In this document: one piece after another, positions 11,775 to 19,289 of the stretch
Numbering within the stretch: the stretch's first letter is position 1
How the letters are laid out: every line of letters starts with the position of its first letter
Origin: Candidatus Falkowbacteria bacterium GW2011_GWF2_43_32
GTDB lineage: Bacteria > Patescibacteriota > Patescibacteriia > Patescibacteriales > UBA12465
Assembly: GCA_000999715.1 (NCBI GenBank)
Contig: LCGL01000004.1
Location: 44,289-108,288, forward strand
Length of the DNA: 64,000 nt
Reading direction: 5' to 3'
Program-made: the position numbers and the translations under genes
The notes under the pieces: generated by a model
Databases searched by the model: none
The model's input: the letters and a program-made list of their open reading frames with translations, nothing else
Told to the model about the DNA's origin: nothing

Positions 11775-12236
11775 ATGAACATTGAGGATTTGAAAAATAC
11801 AGTCAAAGATATAGTCGCCAAGGCTGATATTTTGAAAAGTAAAATTGTAAAAGAGCCAGTTCCAGTAAATTACGCATGTATTTTCTGCCAAAGTAAGGAA
11901 GAATATACGTCGTTTCTTGAAACAACAAAGCAAATCGGAACCGTAGTCCAAGAAACAAAAGCTGGCCCTGTATTTCAAATTGCTTCTTTGCCCACGATTG
12001 CAGGGAATTTGCAGCTACTTAAGATACGCAAGCCTGATCCAACACGGCCTGAACGTGGAGACGCTGATTTTACTCTCTTAAACTATGAAGAATTTAAAAA
12101 AGAGCATCTTTCACAACCAGGGTTTAGTCTCATTCAAAAGGAGCAACTCGAAATGATAGAGTATATGGAGCCAGATAGTTCTATTAGAGTGTATTTTTCA
12201 AATCCTCCATTAGATAAACAGTTGGGGATTATTTAA
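11775..12236 (+). CDS. Hypothetical protein (island cassette 2)
   Basis: ORF with no recognisable motif. Start placed at MNIEDL. The track ORF begins at 11715 but that extension runs through the intergenic repeat. Confidence 0.5.
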   Translation: MNIEDLKNTVKDIVAKADILKSKIVKEPVPVNYACIFCQSKEEYTSFLETTKQIGTVVQETKAGPVFQIASLPTIAGNLQLLKIRKPDPTRPERGDADFTLLNYEEFKKEHLSQPGFSLIQKEQLEMIEYMEPDSSIRVYFSNPPLDKQLGII

Positions 12237-12243
12237 GAGGCGC

Positions 12244-12290
12244 CTCGTGTACAGCGCACAACACCGGATATCCGATTCGTGAGCTAAGTA
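12244..12290. repeat. Island intergenic repeat copy (CACAACACCGGATATCCG box)
   Basis: Shares the AACAC-N3-ATATCCG core with copies at 13349, 16435 and 16915. Confidence 0.5.
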
Positions 12291-12302
12291 AAATTATTTT
12301 TT

Positions 12303-12761
12303 ATGCCCGACCACCAAAATAAACTGATCGCTGAAACTTCTTCCGAATTGTCTGCCGTGCTCAAGTTGTTACGCAGACATAGAGCTGATATTAAAAATAG
12401 CTATAAAGAAAAAAGGGGTGAGCGTCAGATATTAAGCCGTGAAGAGAGACGAGTAATACTAAATAAAACAGCTCGGCGCTGTCATATCTGTGGCGGTAAA
12501 ATTGAAGGAAACAAATTTGACGCTGATCATGTTATGGCGCATAGCAGCGGCGGCAAACATAACATTGATAATTATTTACCAGCTCATTCATTGTGCAATA
12601 ACTATCGATGGGATTATCTTGCAGAAGAGTTTCAGCTTATATTAAAAATAGGGGTTTGGTGCAGAACATTGATTGAGCATAATAAAACAACATTAGACCA
12701 AAAGATTGCCAAGAGTTTCATCGAATATGAAAAGAGTAGGTTAAAAAGAAGAAAAAAATAA
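12303..12761 (+). CDS. HNH endonuclease domain protein (island cassette 3)
   Basis: CHICGGK...DADHVMAHSSGG...NIDNY..HSLCNNYR: CxxC, DH, N and H of the HNH/His-Me finger. Confidence 0.8.
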   Translation: MPDHQNKLIAETSSELSAVLKLLRRHRADIKNSYKEKRGERQILSREERRVILNKTARRCHICGGKIEGNKFDADHVMAHSSGGKHNIDNYLPAHSLCNNYRWDYLAEEFQLILKIGVWCRTLIEHNKTTLDQKIAKSFIEYEKSRLKRRKK

Positions 12762-12779
12762 TTTTACTTATCTCGCTCA

Positions 12780-12895
12780 TTCAAATTGCTTGTCCGCTTA
12801 GGCGTTGGGTAGCGCTCCATTCCACTACGCGCTACAATTATACCGCCACGCGAACTGCGCAACTTCGAATATCCGCAAACGTTAGATGAAATAAT
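12780..12895. repeat. Island intergenic repeat copy (GTAGCGC..GCGCTAC inner palindrome; GAATATCCGCAAACGTTAGAT right arm)
   Basis: Contains the TTATCTCGCT and CACTACGCGCTAC boxes shared with 16870-16900. The right arm ends in GTTAGAT, a perfect GTTRRRY match. Confidence 0.5.
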
Positions 12896-12907
12896 AATCC
12901 ACCTAAT

Positions 12908-13327
12908 ATGAATAAAGAAACCAGTTTTAAAAAAATCTTGTATTCTAAATTGAATGCGAGACAACAAGAAAATTATAATTACCAAAAAGCGTCGGCAATT
13001 CTAGCTGACTATGGATTCAACACGCTTCGACTTTCGGATGACTGGCAGGGGGCTGATTTCATCGCAATACATATTAATGGTAAAGATTTTTTAAAAGTAC
13101 AACTTAAGGGTCGCCTCACATTTGAAAAAAAGTATATTGGTAGAGATATTTGGATTTGCTTTTCTTATCAAGACAACTGGTTTCTTTATCCGCACGATAT
13201 GCTACTTCAAATATTTGGAGATAAAATGAATTTCATCAATACGAAATCATGGACTGAAAAGGGTGGGTATAGCTGGAATCATTTAAATAAAAATCAAATT
13301 TTAGTTATCTCCAAATATAAGATTTAA
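12908..13327 (+). CDS. Hypothetical protein, possible PD-(D/E)xK nuclease fold (island cassette 4)
   Basis: GADFIAIHINGKDFLKVQLKG resembles a D...(E/Q)xK catalytic core. The assignment is weak. Confidence 0.45.
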   Translation: MNKETSFKKILYSKLNARQQENYNYQKASAILADYGFNTLRLSDDWQGADFIAIHINGKDFLKVQLKGRLTFEKKYIGRDIWICFSYQDNWFLYPHDMLLQIFGDKMNFINTKSWTEKGGYSWNHLNKNQILVISKYKI

Positions 13328-13344
13328 AGCCAGTGGATTATTAC

Positions 13345-13448
13345 ATCAGCTAACACGACATATCCGCAAGGGCGAAAGCCACATTTTGCCACTCTATTAA
13401 AAAAAATAAGGATGTGGCGAAACGTCGGATATGCCGTAACGTTATTTG
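13345..13448. repeat. Island intergenic repeat: nested imperfect palindrome (attC-like architecture)
   Basis: Outer arms CTAACACGACATATCCG and CGGATATGCCGTAACGTTAT are reverse complements with a few mismatches. Inner arms AGCCACAT and ATGTGGCG flank an A-rich centre. Confidence 0.6.
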
Positions 13449-13525
13449 AAATATTCCTTTTTTTTGGCTATCGTTCAATTGTTGTAAAAAATTTTAAAAT
13501 TTCTTTTTTATTAATTAAAGAGGGG

Positions 13526-13580
13526 TATATAGTGTTTTCTCCGCTACGCTACAAAAACTTCTTTTATCCCTGATGTTCTG
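13526..13580. repeat. Island intergenic repeat copy in reverse orientation (GGGTATATAGTGTT + CTCCGCTACGCTAC-AAAAACTTC + TTTTATCCCTGATGT)
   Basis: Reverse complement of the ACATCAGG...AACAC..TATATAC box, with the same central box as 11692-11725. Confidence 0.5.
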
Positions 13581-13585
13581 CAAAA

Positions 13586-14065
13586 TTGAAACTTTTACAA
13601 CTTTTCTTTTTTAATATGAAACAGACTTATTCTATCGGAGCATTTGCGATTATCCTTGATGACCAAGATCGTGTTTTGCTTTGTCATAGAAATGATTACG
13701 ATCTTTGGAATCTCCCTGGCGGAGGAGTGGAATTTAATGAGGCGCCGTGGGAATGCGTCGTTCGTGAAGTTAAGGAGGAAATCGGCCTTGATGTTGAAGT
13801 TGAGCGTCTTGCTGGCGTGTACAGTAAGCGCAACCAAGATGAGTTAGTTTTTTCTTTTGTTTGTAGGGTTGTTGGTGGAAAAATGACGCTCACAAATGAA
13901 GCCGACCAAATTGAGTATTTCCCAATCGAGGAGATTCCAAAGAATACGTCGCCTAAGCAAAGTGAGAGAATAAAGGATGTTCTTGCCGATAAAGGCAAAA
14001 CGCTAGCTATGAGAGTTCAAGAAGGTCCGTCATCAATAAGTTTGATAAAGGAGGGAAAGTTGTAA
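13586..14065 (+). CDS. Nudix hydrolase (island cassette 5)
   Basis: Nudix box GGGVEFNEAPWECVVREVKEEIGL. Alternative start at 13616. Confidence 0.8.
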   Translation: MKLLQLFFFNMKQTYSIGAFAIILDDQDRVLLCHRNDYDLWNLPGGGVEFNEAPWECVVREVKEEIGLDVEVERLAGVYSKRNQDELVFSFVCRVVGGKMTLTNEADQIEYFPIEEIPKNTSPKQSERIKDVLADKGKTLAMRVQEGPSSISLIKEGKL

Positions 14066-14130
14066 AAAATTTCAGTATCGCATACTCGGATATGTTATGT
14101 GAAATAAAGTTTTATTTTTAACTATAGTCT

Positions 14131-14544
14131 ATGGCTTATTTCAATAAAATCGGTTTGCTGTATCTTAATGACGATCAGTCAAAGTTTTTAGTGTGTGAAA
14201 AAGATAATTTTACTTCTGATTTCATTATGCCCGGCGGGCAAGTGGATGATGGCGAGAATAATGAAGAATGCCTCGTACGTGAAATTAAAGAAGAGCTCGA
14301 TGTAGATATGGATAAGACAAGCCTCATATTTATCAAGGAGTATGTAGATGTGGCGGCCGGTGACCCGACAAAAGACGTTTCTATAAAGTTGTACGAAGGT
14401 AAAATTATTGGCGAGCCTAAACCGTCTGCTGAAATAATCAAGTTTCACTGGGTTGGTAAGGACGACTTGTTTCATCCGCGACTTTCCCCGATTGTCAAGA
14501 ATAGAATTTTGCCTGATCTTATCGCAAAAAAAATACTAAAATAA
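14131..14544 (+). CDS. Nudix hydrolase (island cassette 6)
   Basis: Nudix box PGGQVDDGENNEECLVREIKEELDV. Confidence 0.8.
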   Translation: MAYFNKIGLLYLNDDQSKFLVCEKDNFTSDFIMPGGQVDDGENNEECLVREIKEELDVDMDKTSLIFIKEYVDVAAGDPTKDVSIKLYEGKIIGEPKPSAEIIKFHWVGKDDLFHPRLSPIVKNRILPDLIAKKILK

Positions 14545-14552
14545 AATTTTAC

Positions 14553-14578
14553 ATCGCAGAACACGGTATGGCTAATTA
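14553..14578. repeat. Island intergenic repeat, short copy (ACATCGCAGAACACGGTATGGCTAAT)
   Basis: Matches the ACATCAG-N-TAACACGGYATAT box. Lies 9 nt upstream of the next start codon. Confidence 0.5.
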
Positions 14579-14586
14579 CGACCTTT

Positions 14587-15207
14587 ATGCAAATACCAGC
14601 CAATATTTCGCTAAAACAAGAAGGGCAATATTGTATTCATTGTTTTTCGCAAAAAGTCGAAAAAACTGATCGGGATGGCTTAACATATTATCATTGTCAT
14701 TCGTGCGGCCAGATTGCAGAAAGAAGCTTGGTTATCGATAATAGTATTGTTTGGTGGATAGATAAAAAAACCAATGAGTATTGGCATGAGAGTGTGGGTA
14801 TTTTTGTTTTTAATTTTGAAAATAAAGCTCTTTTTTTCGAAAGGACCATTTATCCTTTCGCCTTTACTATTCCGGCAGGGCATCTTGACGTCGGAGAAAT
14901 TGCAGACGTCGCCGTAAAGCGAGAGTTGAAAGAAGAAACAAAAATTGAATCTGATAATGTTAAACTTTTTTCGACAGAAGATGTGAGCGGAGACAAATGT
15001 CGTCGCGGAGCCGATCATCATAAATGGCATCTTTATGTAGCTCAAATTGAAAATATCGGTAACATCAAAATAAACGACGAAGGAATAAAGCCCGTTTGGC
15101 TCACTTTTGATGAGGCGTTGGGAAAAAAATTGGTGTATCCGGTCCGATATTTTATTGAAAAATACGGAGAAAAACTGTTGAAATCGGCGCAAATAGTAGA
15201 AATATAA
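14587..15207 (+). CDS. Nudix hydrolase with N-terminal zinc ribbon (island cassette 7)
   Basis: CIHC...CHSCG zinc ribbon followed by Nudix box PAGHLDVGEIADVAVKRELKEETKI. This resembles the NudC-type domain order. Confidence 0.8.
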   Translation: MQIPANISLKQEGQYCIHCFSQKVEKTDRDGLTYYHCHSCGQIAERSLVIDNSIVWWIDKKTNEYWHESVGIFVFNFENKALFFERTIYPFAFTIPAGHLDVGEIADVAVKRELKEETKIESDNVKLFSTEDVSGDKCRRGADHHKWHLYVAQIENIGNIKINDEGIKPVWLTFDEALGKKLVYPVRYFIEKYGEKLLKSAQIVEI

Positions 15208-15288
15208 GAGGAAAATTGTTTGTACCAAAAAATTAAAAAAGGAGTTTTAGGCTCGAGCATTGACGCTCTTATATTTTCTGACCTTAAT

Positions 15289-15343
15289 TTGTTCCGATTT
15301 CTTTAATATGGTATACTGTAAATAATCAGCTAAACCATATTAA
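15289..15343 (+). promoter_or_regulatory. Candidate promoter (TTGTTC-17-TGgTATACT, extended -10) overlapped by a perfect 10-bp inverted repeat TTAATATGGT/ACCATATTAA, upstream of the fic gene
   Basis: -35 at 15289-15294. TG-extended -10 at 15309-15317. Inverted-repeat arms at 15303-15312 and 15334-15343 with a 21-nt spacer. Confidence 0.45.
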
Positions 15344-15352
15344 ATATTTTCT

Positions 15353-16318
15353 ATGACATATCTACCATCTATCATAAAAAATCGTCTGGAAGAAAAATTG
15401 TCTAAACTTAACAAACTTCGTCCCCTGCCCAAATCAGCGGTACAAAAACTTCGTGAAAAATTCCAGATAGAGATGACCTTCAATTCAAACGCCATAGAGG
15501 GCAACTCTTTAACTTTAAAAGAGACCTTTTTGGTTATTAATGAAGGCATAACTGTAAAGGGGAAACCCTTGAAAGACCACCTGGAAGCCAAAGATCATCA
15601 CGCCGCTTTGGAATATTTATACGAGTTAATAGATAAAGACAAAAGACACACTATTTCGGAAATGCTTATACGAAATTTGCATAAAATTATTATACAGGAA
15701 ACCGATAAGGATTGGGCCGGCCGATACAGAAATGCCAATGTAACTATAGGGGGAGCAAAACACACGCCGCCAGATGCGTTGCAAGCGCCACAAAAGATGC
15801 GAGATTTAATCAGTTGGTTGAATTTACAAAAAGGCAAGACTAATATCGTTGAATTGGCCGCCTTATTACATCACAAATTAGTGCATATCCATCCCTTTTT
15901 TGACGGCAACGGCAGAACGGCACGACTCACAATGAATTTACTGCTTATGCAGGCGGGCTATCCGTTGGTTATTATTATGAAAAATGACCGCAAGAAATAT
16001 TATGATGTATTGGATAAAGCGGATAGCGGTAAACTCGAACCTCTAATAAAATTTATTGCTCAATCTATAGAGCGCTCACTTGATATTTATCTAAAAACTT
16101 TGACTCCCTCAACCACCAAGCAAGAAAAATTTGTATCGCTTGCTGAAATATCCAAGACTATTAATTGTTCTGCCAAATACTTAAATCTGCTCGCCAGACA
16201 AGGAAAACTGGAAGCATACAAAGAAGGCAGGGATTGGTTGACATCGAAAGAAGCTGTTGAACGATATTTTAAAAACCGAACAAGACAAAGAAAAAGTTCA
16301 AAAAAGAAAGTTATATAG
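15353..16318 (+). CDS. Fic/Doc-family protein (AMP-transferase-type motif) with C-terminal excisionase/MerR-like HTH (island cassette 8)
   Basis: Canonical Fic motif HIHPFFDGNGRTARL. C-terminal LAEISKTINCSAKYLNLLARQGKLEAYKEGRDWLTSKEAVERYF matches the HTH_17/excisionase-type DNA-binding pattern. Confidence 0.85.
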   Translation: MTYLPSIIKNRLEEKLSKLNKLRPLPKSAVQKLREKFQIEMTFNSNAIEGNSLTLKETFLVINEGITVKGKPLKDHLEAKDHHAALEYLYELIDKDKRHTISEMLIRNLHKIIIQETDKDWAGRYRNANVTIGGAKHTPPDALQAPQKMRDLISWLNLQKGKTNIVELAALLHHKLVHIHPFFDGNGRTARLTMNLLLMQAGYPLVIIMKNDRKKYYDVLDKADSGKLEPLIKFIAQSIERSLDIYLKTLTPSTTKQEKFVSLAEISKTINCSAKYLNLLARQGKLEAYKEGRDWLTSKEAVERYFKNRTRQRKSSKKKVI

Positions 16319-16429
16319 GAGTTTTGGTCCTGGGGCATTTTTCCCCAGCTCATCTGCTCCTACGCCCAGACAAAAATAAAATTTGTTCATTAAGAAAAGT
16401 ATTTGACTATCGTCGGAAAAAAGAAAAGC

Positions 16430-16512
16430 ATACATCATATAACACGGCATATCCGGTTACGGCGTTTATACAAAAGCCGTAATCAGGCATGCCGAAACGT
16501 TATGCGCCGCCA
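16430..16512. repeat. Island intergenic repeat: nested imperfect palindrome (attC-like architecture)
   Basis: ATATAACACGGCATATCCGG | TTACGGCG-TTTATACAAAA-GCCGTAA | TCAGGCATGCCGAAACGTTATGC. Outer and inner arms are each reverse-complementary pairs. The right end GTTATGC lies 60 nt before the next ATG. Confidence 0.6.
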
Positions 16513-16568
16513 AAAGGATGCACTTGGCTTGCGAATATTTATAAACAAGAATAATAAACAACAACATT

Positions 16569-16835
16569 ATGGAAAATAATCATTTCAAAGATGCGGTTAA
16601 ATCACACAAACTGCTTGCGCAAGAAAGAACCATTCTTGCCAATGAGCGTAATACTCTCGCGTATATAAGAACGGGGTTTTCTTCATTTGTTCTCGGTATT
16701 GCAGTCATTAAATTATTTGAGAACGACGGTTTTTTGCTATATGCTGGATGGATAGCTGTCGTGATGGGAATATTATTTATTATTCTGGGGCTAGTTTATT
16801 ATCCAATACGGAAAAAGAAGATTAAGTCATATTAG
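16569..16835 (+). CDS. DUF202/YidH-family small membrane protein (island cassette 9)
   Basis: TILANERNTLAYIRTG motif typical of DUF202, followed by two TM helices. Confidence 0.7.
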   Translation: MENNHFKDAVKSHKLLAQERTILANERNTLAYIRTGFSSFVLGIAVIKLFENDGFLLYAGWIAVVMGILFIILGLVYYPIRKKKIKSY

Positions 16836-16845
16836 ATTGTGTCCT

Positions 16846-16945
16846 CCTGAAACTCACTCCGCTTCGCTCCGACTACGCCACGCTTTTATCTCGCTGCGTT
16901 ACGCTTCAGTCGAGTCGTATAACAAGGCATATCCCGGACAAGAAC
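16846..16945. repeat. Island intergenic repeat copy (CACTCCGCTTCGCTCCGACTACGCCACGC + TTTTATCTCGCTGCG + GTATAACAAGGCATATCCCGG)
   Basis: Combines all three recurring boxes of the family. Confidence 0.55.
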
Positions 16946-17008
16946 TACCAAACAAGGGGTCGAGTAAGAATTGAAACATTCACTAGCAGTTAATTAATTA
17001 AAATTATT

Positions 17009-17332
17009 ATGAAATTAGGAATAATTATCAGTCAAATAAATCCGGAAACAAATTGGAACGCTTTGCGTTTAGCGAATTTTGCTCTCAAACAAGGCGACGA
17101 AGTTAAAATTTTTCTCATTGGCGAAGGCGTAGAGTATGAAACGGGCAGTTCGGAAAAATTTAACCTCCAAGAACAAATAGCGGAATTTTTAAAATCTGAA
17201 AATGCTAAAATTTTGGCGTGCGGCACTTGTTTAAAATCGAGAAATCAAGAAGCGACCGATAGCTGCCCGCTGAGCACCATGAAAGATCTATATGCGCTCG
17301 TACAAGAAAGCGATAAAATTTTAACTTTTTAA
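17009..17332 (+). CDS. DsrE/DsrF/TusD-like protein
   Basis: 107 aa, fold and length typical of the DsrE/DsrF-like family (conserved Cys in ACGTCLKS). Confidence 0.55.
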   Translation: MKLGIIISQINPETNWNALRLANFALKQGDEVKIFLIGEGVEYETGSSEKFNLQEQIAEFLKSENAKILACGTCLKSRNQEATDSCPLSTMKDLYALVQESDKILTF

Positions 17333-17344
17333 TGAAATAATTTT

Positions 17345-17563
17345 ATGATGTATTATAATTTTGCGCCTTTTGGCTGGATTTTCATGATTTTTTTCTGGGT
17401 TTTGGCGATTGCCGGAATCATTGTTTTGATAAAATGGCTAGTCGGCCAAAATAAGACTGAAAGCGGAAAAAATAATATCGCCTTAGATATTCTCAAAGAG
17501 AGATATGCAAAAGGCGATATTAATAAAAAAGAGTTTGGAGAAAAAAAGAGAGATTTGGAATAA
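17345..17563 (+). CDS. SHOCT-domain small membrane protein
   Basis: One TM helix then [25 protein letters not shown], the SHOCT (short C-terminal) domain pattern. Confidence 0.6.
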   Translation: MMYYNFAPFGWIFMIFFWVLAIAGIIVLIKWLVGQNKTESGKNNIALDILKERYAKGDINKKEFGEKKRDLE

Positions 17564-17616
17564 GATATTTTGAGCTTCGGGTATTTTGTTTAGAAAATCA
17601 AGTCAAATGTGAGATA

Positions 17617-18453
17617 TTAAAATCTCAGCCAGATCATCACGATTAAGGCCAAAGCCATCCGATACCAGCCGAAAAAAGTGAAATTATGTTTTTGGATGAA
17701 ATTCAAGAAGAAGCGGATGCTGATAATGGCCGTAATGAAGGACATAACGAAGCCGATGGCCCAGACTGTCAAATCTTGGCCGACTAACAAGCCGAGCGTC
17801 GCTCGGCTTTTATATAAATCCAGGCCGGTGGCGGCTATCATGGTGGGGATGGCTAACAAAAAAGAAAATTCTACAATATTTTTACGGCCGATGCCGAGGG
17901 CCAATCCGCCGATGATGGTGGCGGCGGACCGGGAAACGCCCGGAATAATCGCCAAAGCTTGAAAAAAGCCGATGCCGGCGGCTTGTTTATAAGAGACATT
18001 CATTTCCAGTCCCCGTCCCTTGTCTTCCTTTTCTTTTTCGTTATTTTCTTCCTCGGCCGATAATATTTCGGCTGTTTGTTTTCGGGAATAATATTTTTCA
18101 AAAATAATCAGAACTAAGCCGCCGACGAAGAGCGAGCCGGCGATAACGTAATTATTGTCCAGCAGATAATTTTTGACGATTTTATAAAATATCAAACCGA
18201 TTAACGCGGTCGGCAAAAAGGCGGCGCCGATTTTGCCGAACAGTTCCCAAGAGTGCCAAATTTTTTTCCAATACAAAACCACCACCGCCAGAATCGCTCC
18301 GAGCTGGATGGAGATCGTGAAGGTTTTGAAAAACTCGGAAGAAGGGAGTCTGAGCCATTCTCCGGCCAAAATCAAATGAGCCGTGGAAGAAATCGGCAGA
18401 AATTCGCTTAAACCCTCTATCAGGCCCAAAATCAAACCATGAAATACAGTCAT
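17617..18453 (-). CDS. uppP: Undecaprenyl-diphosphate phosphatase
   Basis: N-terminus GLILGLIEGLSEFLPISSTAHLIL and PGVSRSAATIIGG motif of the BacA/UppP family. Eight TM segments. Confidence 0.85.
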   Translation of the reverse strand: MTVFHGLILGLIEGLSEFLPISSTAHLILAGEWLRLPSSEFFKTFTISIQLGAILAVVVLYWKKIWHSWELFGKIGAAFLPTALIGLIFYKIVKNYLLDNNYVIAGSLFVGGLVLIIFEKYYSRKQTAEILSAEEENNEKEKEDKGRGLEMNVSYKQAAGIGFFQALAIIPGVSRSAATIIGGLALGIGRKNIVEFSFLLAIPTMIAATGLDLYKSRATLGLLVGQDLTVWAIGFVMSFITAIISIRFFLNFIQKHNFTFFGWYRMALALIVMIWLRF

Positions 18454-18507
18454 ATTTTTATTTAGTTTACTTTAATATTCTACAATAAATACGCTTCTTA
18501 TAATATA

Positions 18508-18536
18508 TTGACAAATTATTATTTATGTTGTATAGT
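18508..18536 (+). promoter_or_regulatory. Candidate sigma70 promoter (TTGACA-17-TATAGT) in the uppP/hypothetical divergent region
   Basis: Near-consensus -35 and -10 with exact 17-nt spacing, about 60 nt upstream of the 18596 ORF. Confidence 0.4.
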
Positions 18537-18595
18537 GTGATAATTACTTCTTTGACAATCAATTAAACGTAAAAACAAATAAATACCAGTAAATC

Positions 18596-19201
18596 ATGAA
18601 AAAGATAATTTTATTGTTGACTCTGGCCGTTATCGCTTACTTTTCTGCCCTAGGACAGAAAAAAACTAAAAGCGCGGACATCTTTCAAAAGATTGACGGC
18701 GACACTTTGTTCATATCGGTTTCCAGAAATTTTACTTTGGACAAATATTTACCGCCTATCGGTTTGACACCCGGCGGCAATACAGTCTTTTACCTGAATG
18801 AAGGTATTAGCGATAAAAATTTTATCAACAGCGCATCGCTGGTTGCCGGACAAGAGAAAGTTTGTATTTACAGGTTGAGCGAATCCGTTTCTTCCGAAGA
18901 GTGCTTGCTGTTCATCGCCAAAGAAGACGGTATTCTGCCCAACGCCCAGCGATTGCTTATGGCCTTTATCCAATTGGATGAGTTTGAATTTCTTTCTTTG
19001 GAAAAAGATGAAATTGTCGGCTTGGATGAATCGTTCAGATTGTGGGCCAGCCCTTTTGGTTGTCATCAGATGATGGCGATCGGTAAAAATATTTTGGAAG
19101 AGCTTTGCTTCAGTCTGCGATGTTTTGAGGACAAAATTCCGCAGGGAAGTTATATCATTTTTACGCAAAGTGTTAAAGCAAAAAGGCGACATTTCAAATA
19201 G
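18596..19201 (+). CDS. Hypothetical secreted protein
   Basis: N-terminal signal peptide MKKIILLLTLAVIAYFSALG. No family recognised. Confidence 0.5.
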   Translation: MKKIILLLTLAVIAYFSALGQKKTKSADIFQKIDGDTLFISVSRNFTLDKYLPPIGLTPGGNTVFYLNEGISDKNFINSASLVAGQEKVCIYRLSESVSSEECLLFIAKEDGILPNAQRLLMAFIQLDEFEFLSLEKDEIVGLDESFRLWASPFGCHQMMAIGKNILEELCFSLRCFEDKIPQGSYIIFTQSVKAKRRHFK

Positions 19202-19228
19202 TCGAAATGACCTTTAAATAGCCATTGA

Positions 19229-19258
19229 ACCGCGGAATTATTTCTGCGGTTTTTTTAT
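19229..19258 (+). terminator. Intrinsic terminator
   Basis: ACCGCGGAA-ttat-TTCTGCGGT stem (one G-U pair) followed by TTTTTTTATT. Confidence 0.6.
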
Positions 19259-19289
19259 TGGTCCGGGTTTATCGGCCTCTTTTGCCGTC

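Noticed and set aside
10850-17010. Strict integron call (intI + attI + Pc + canonical attC)
   Set aside because: No tyrosine recombinase or any integrase is present in the window. The putative R''/R' boxes only partly satisfy RYYYAAC/GTTRRRY. The feature is reported only as an integron-like or CALIN-like hypothesis, not as an integron.
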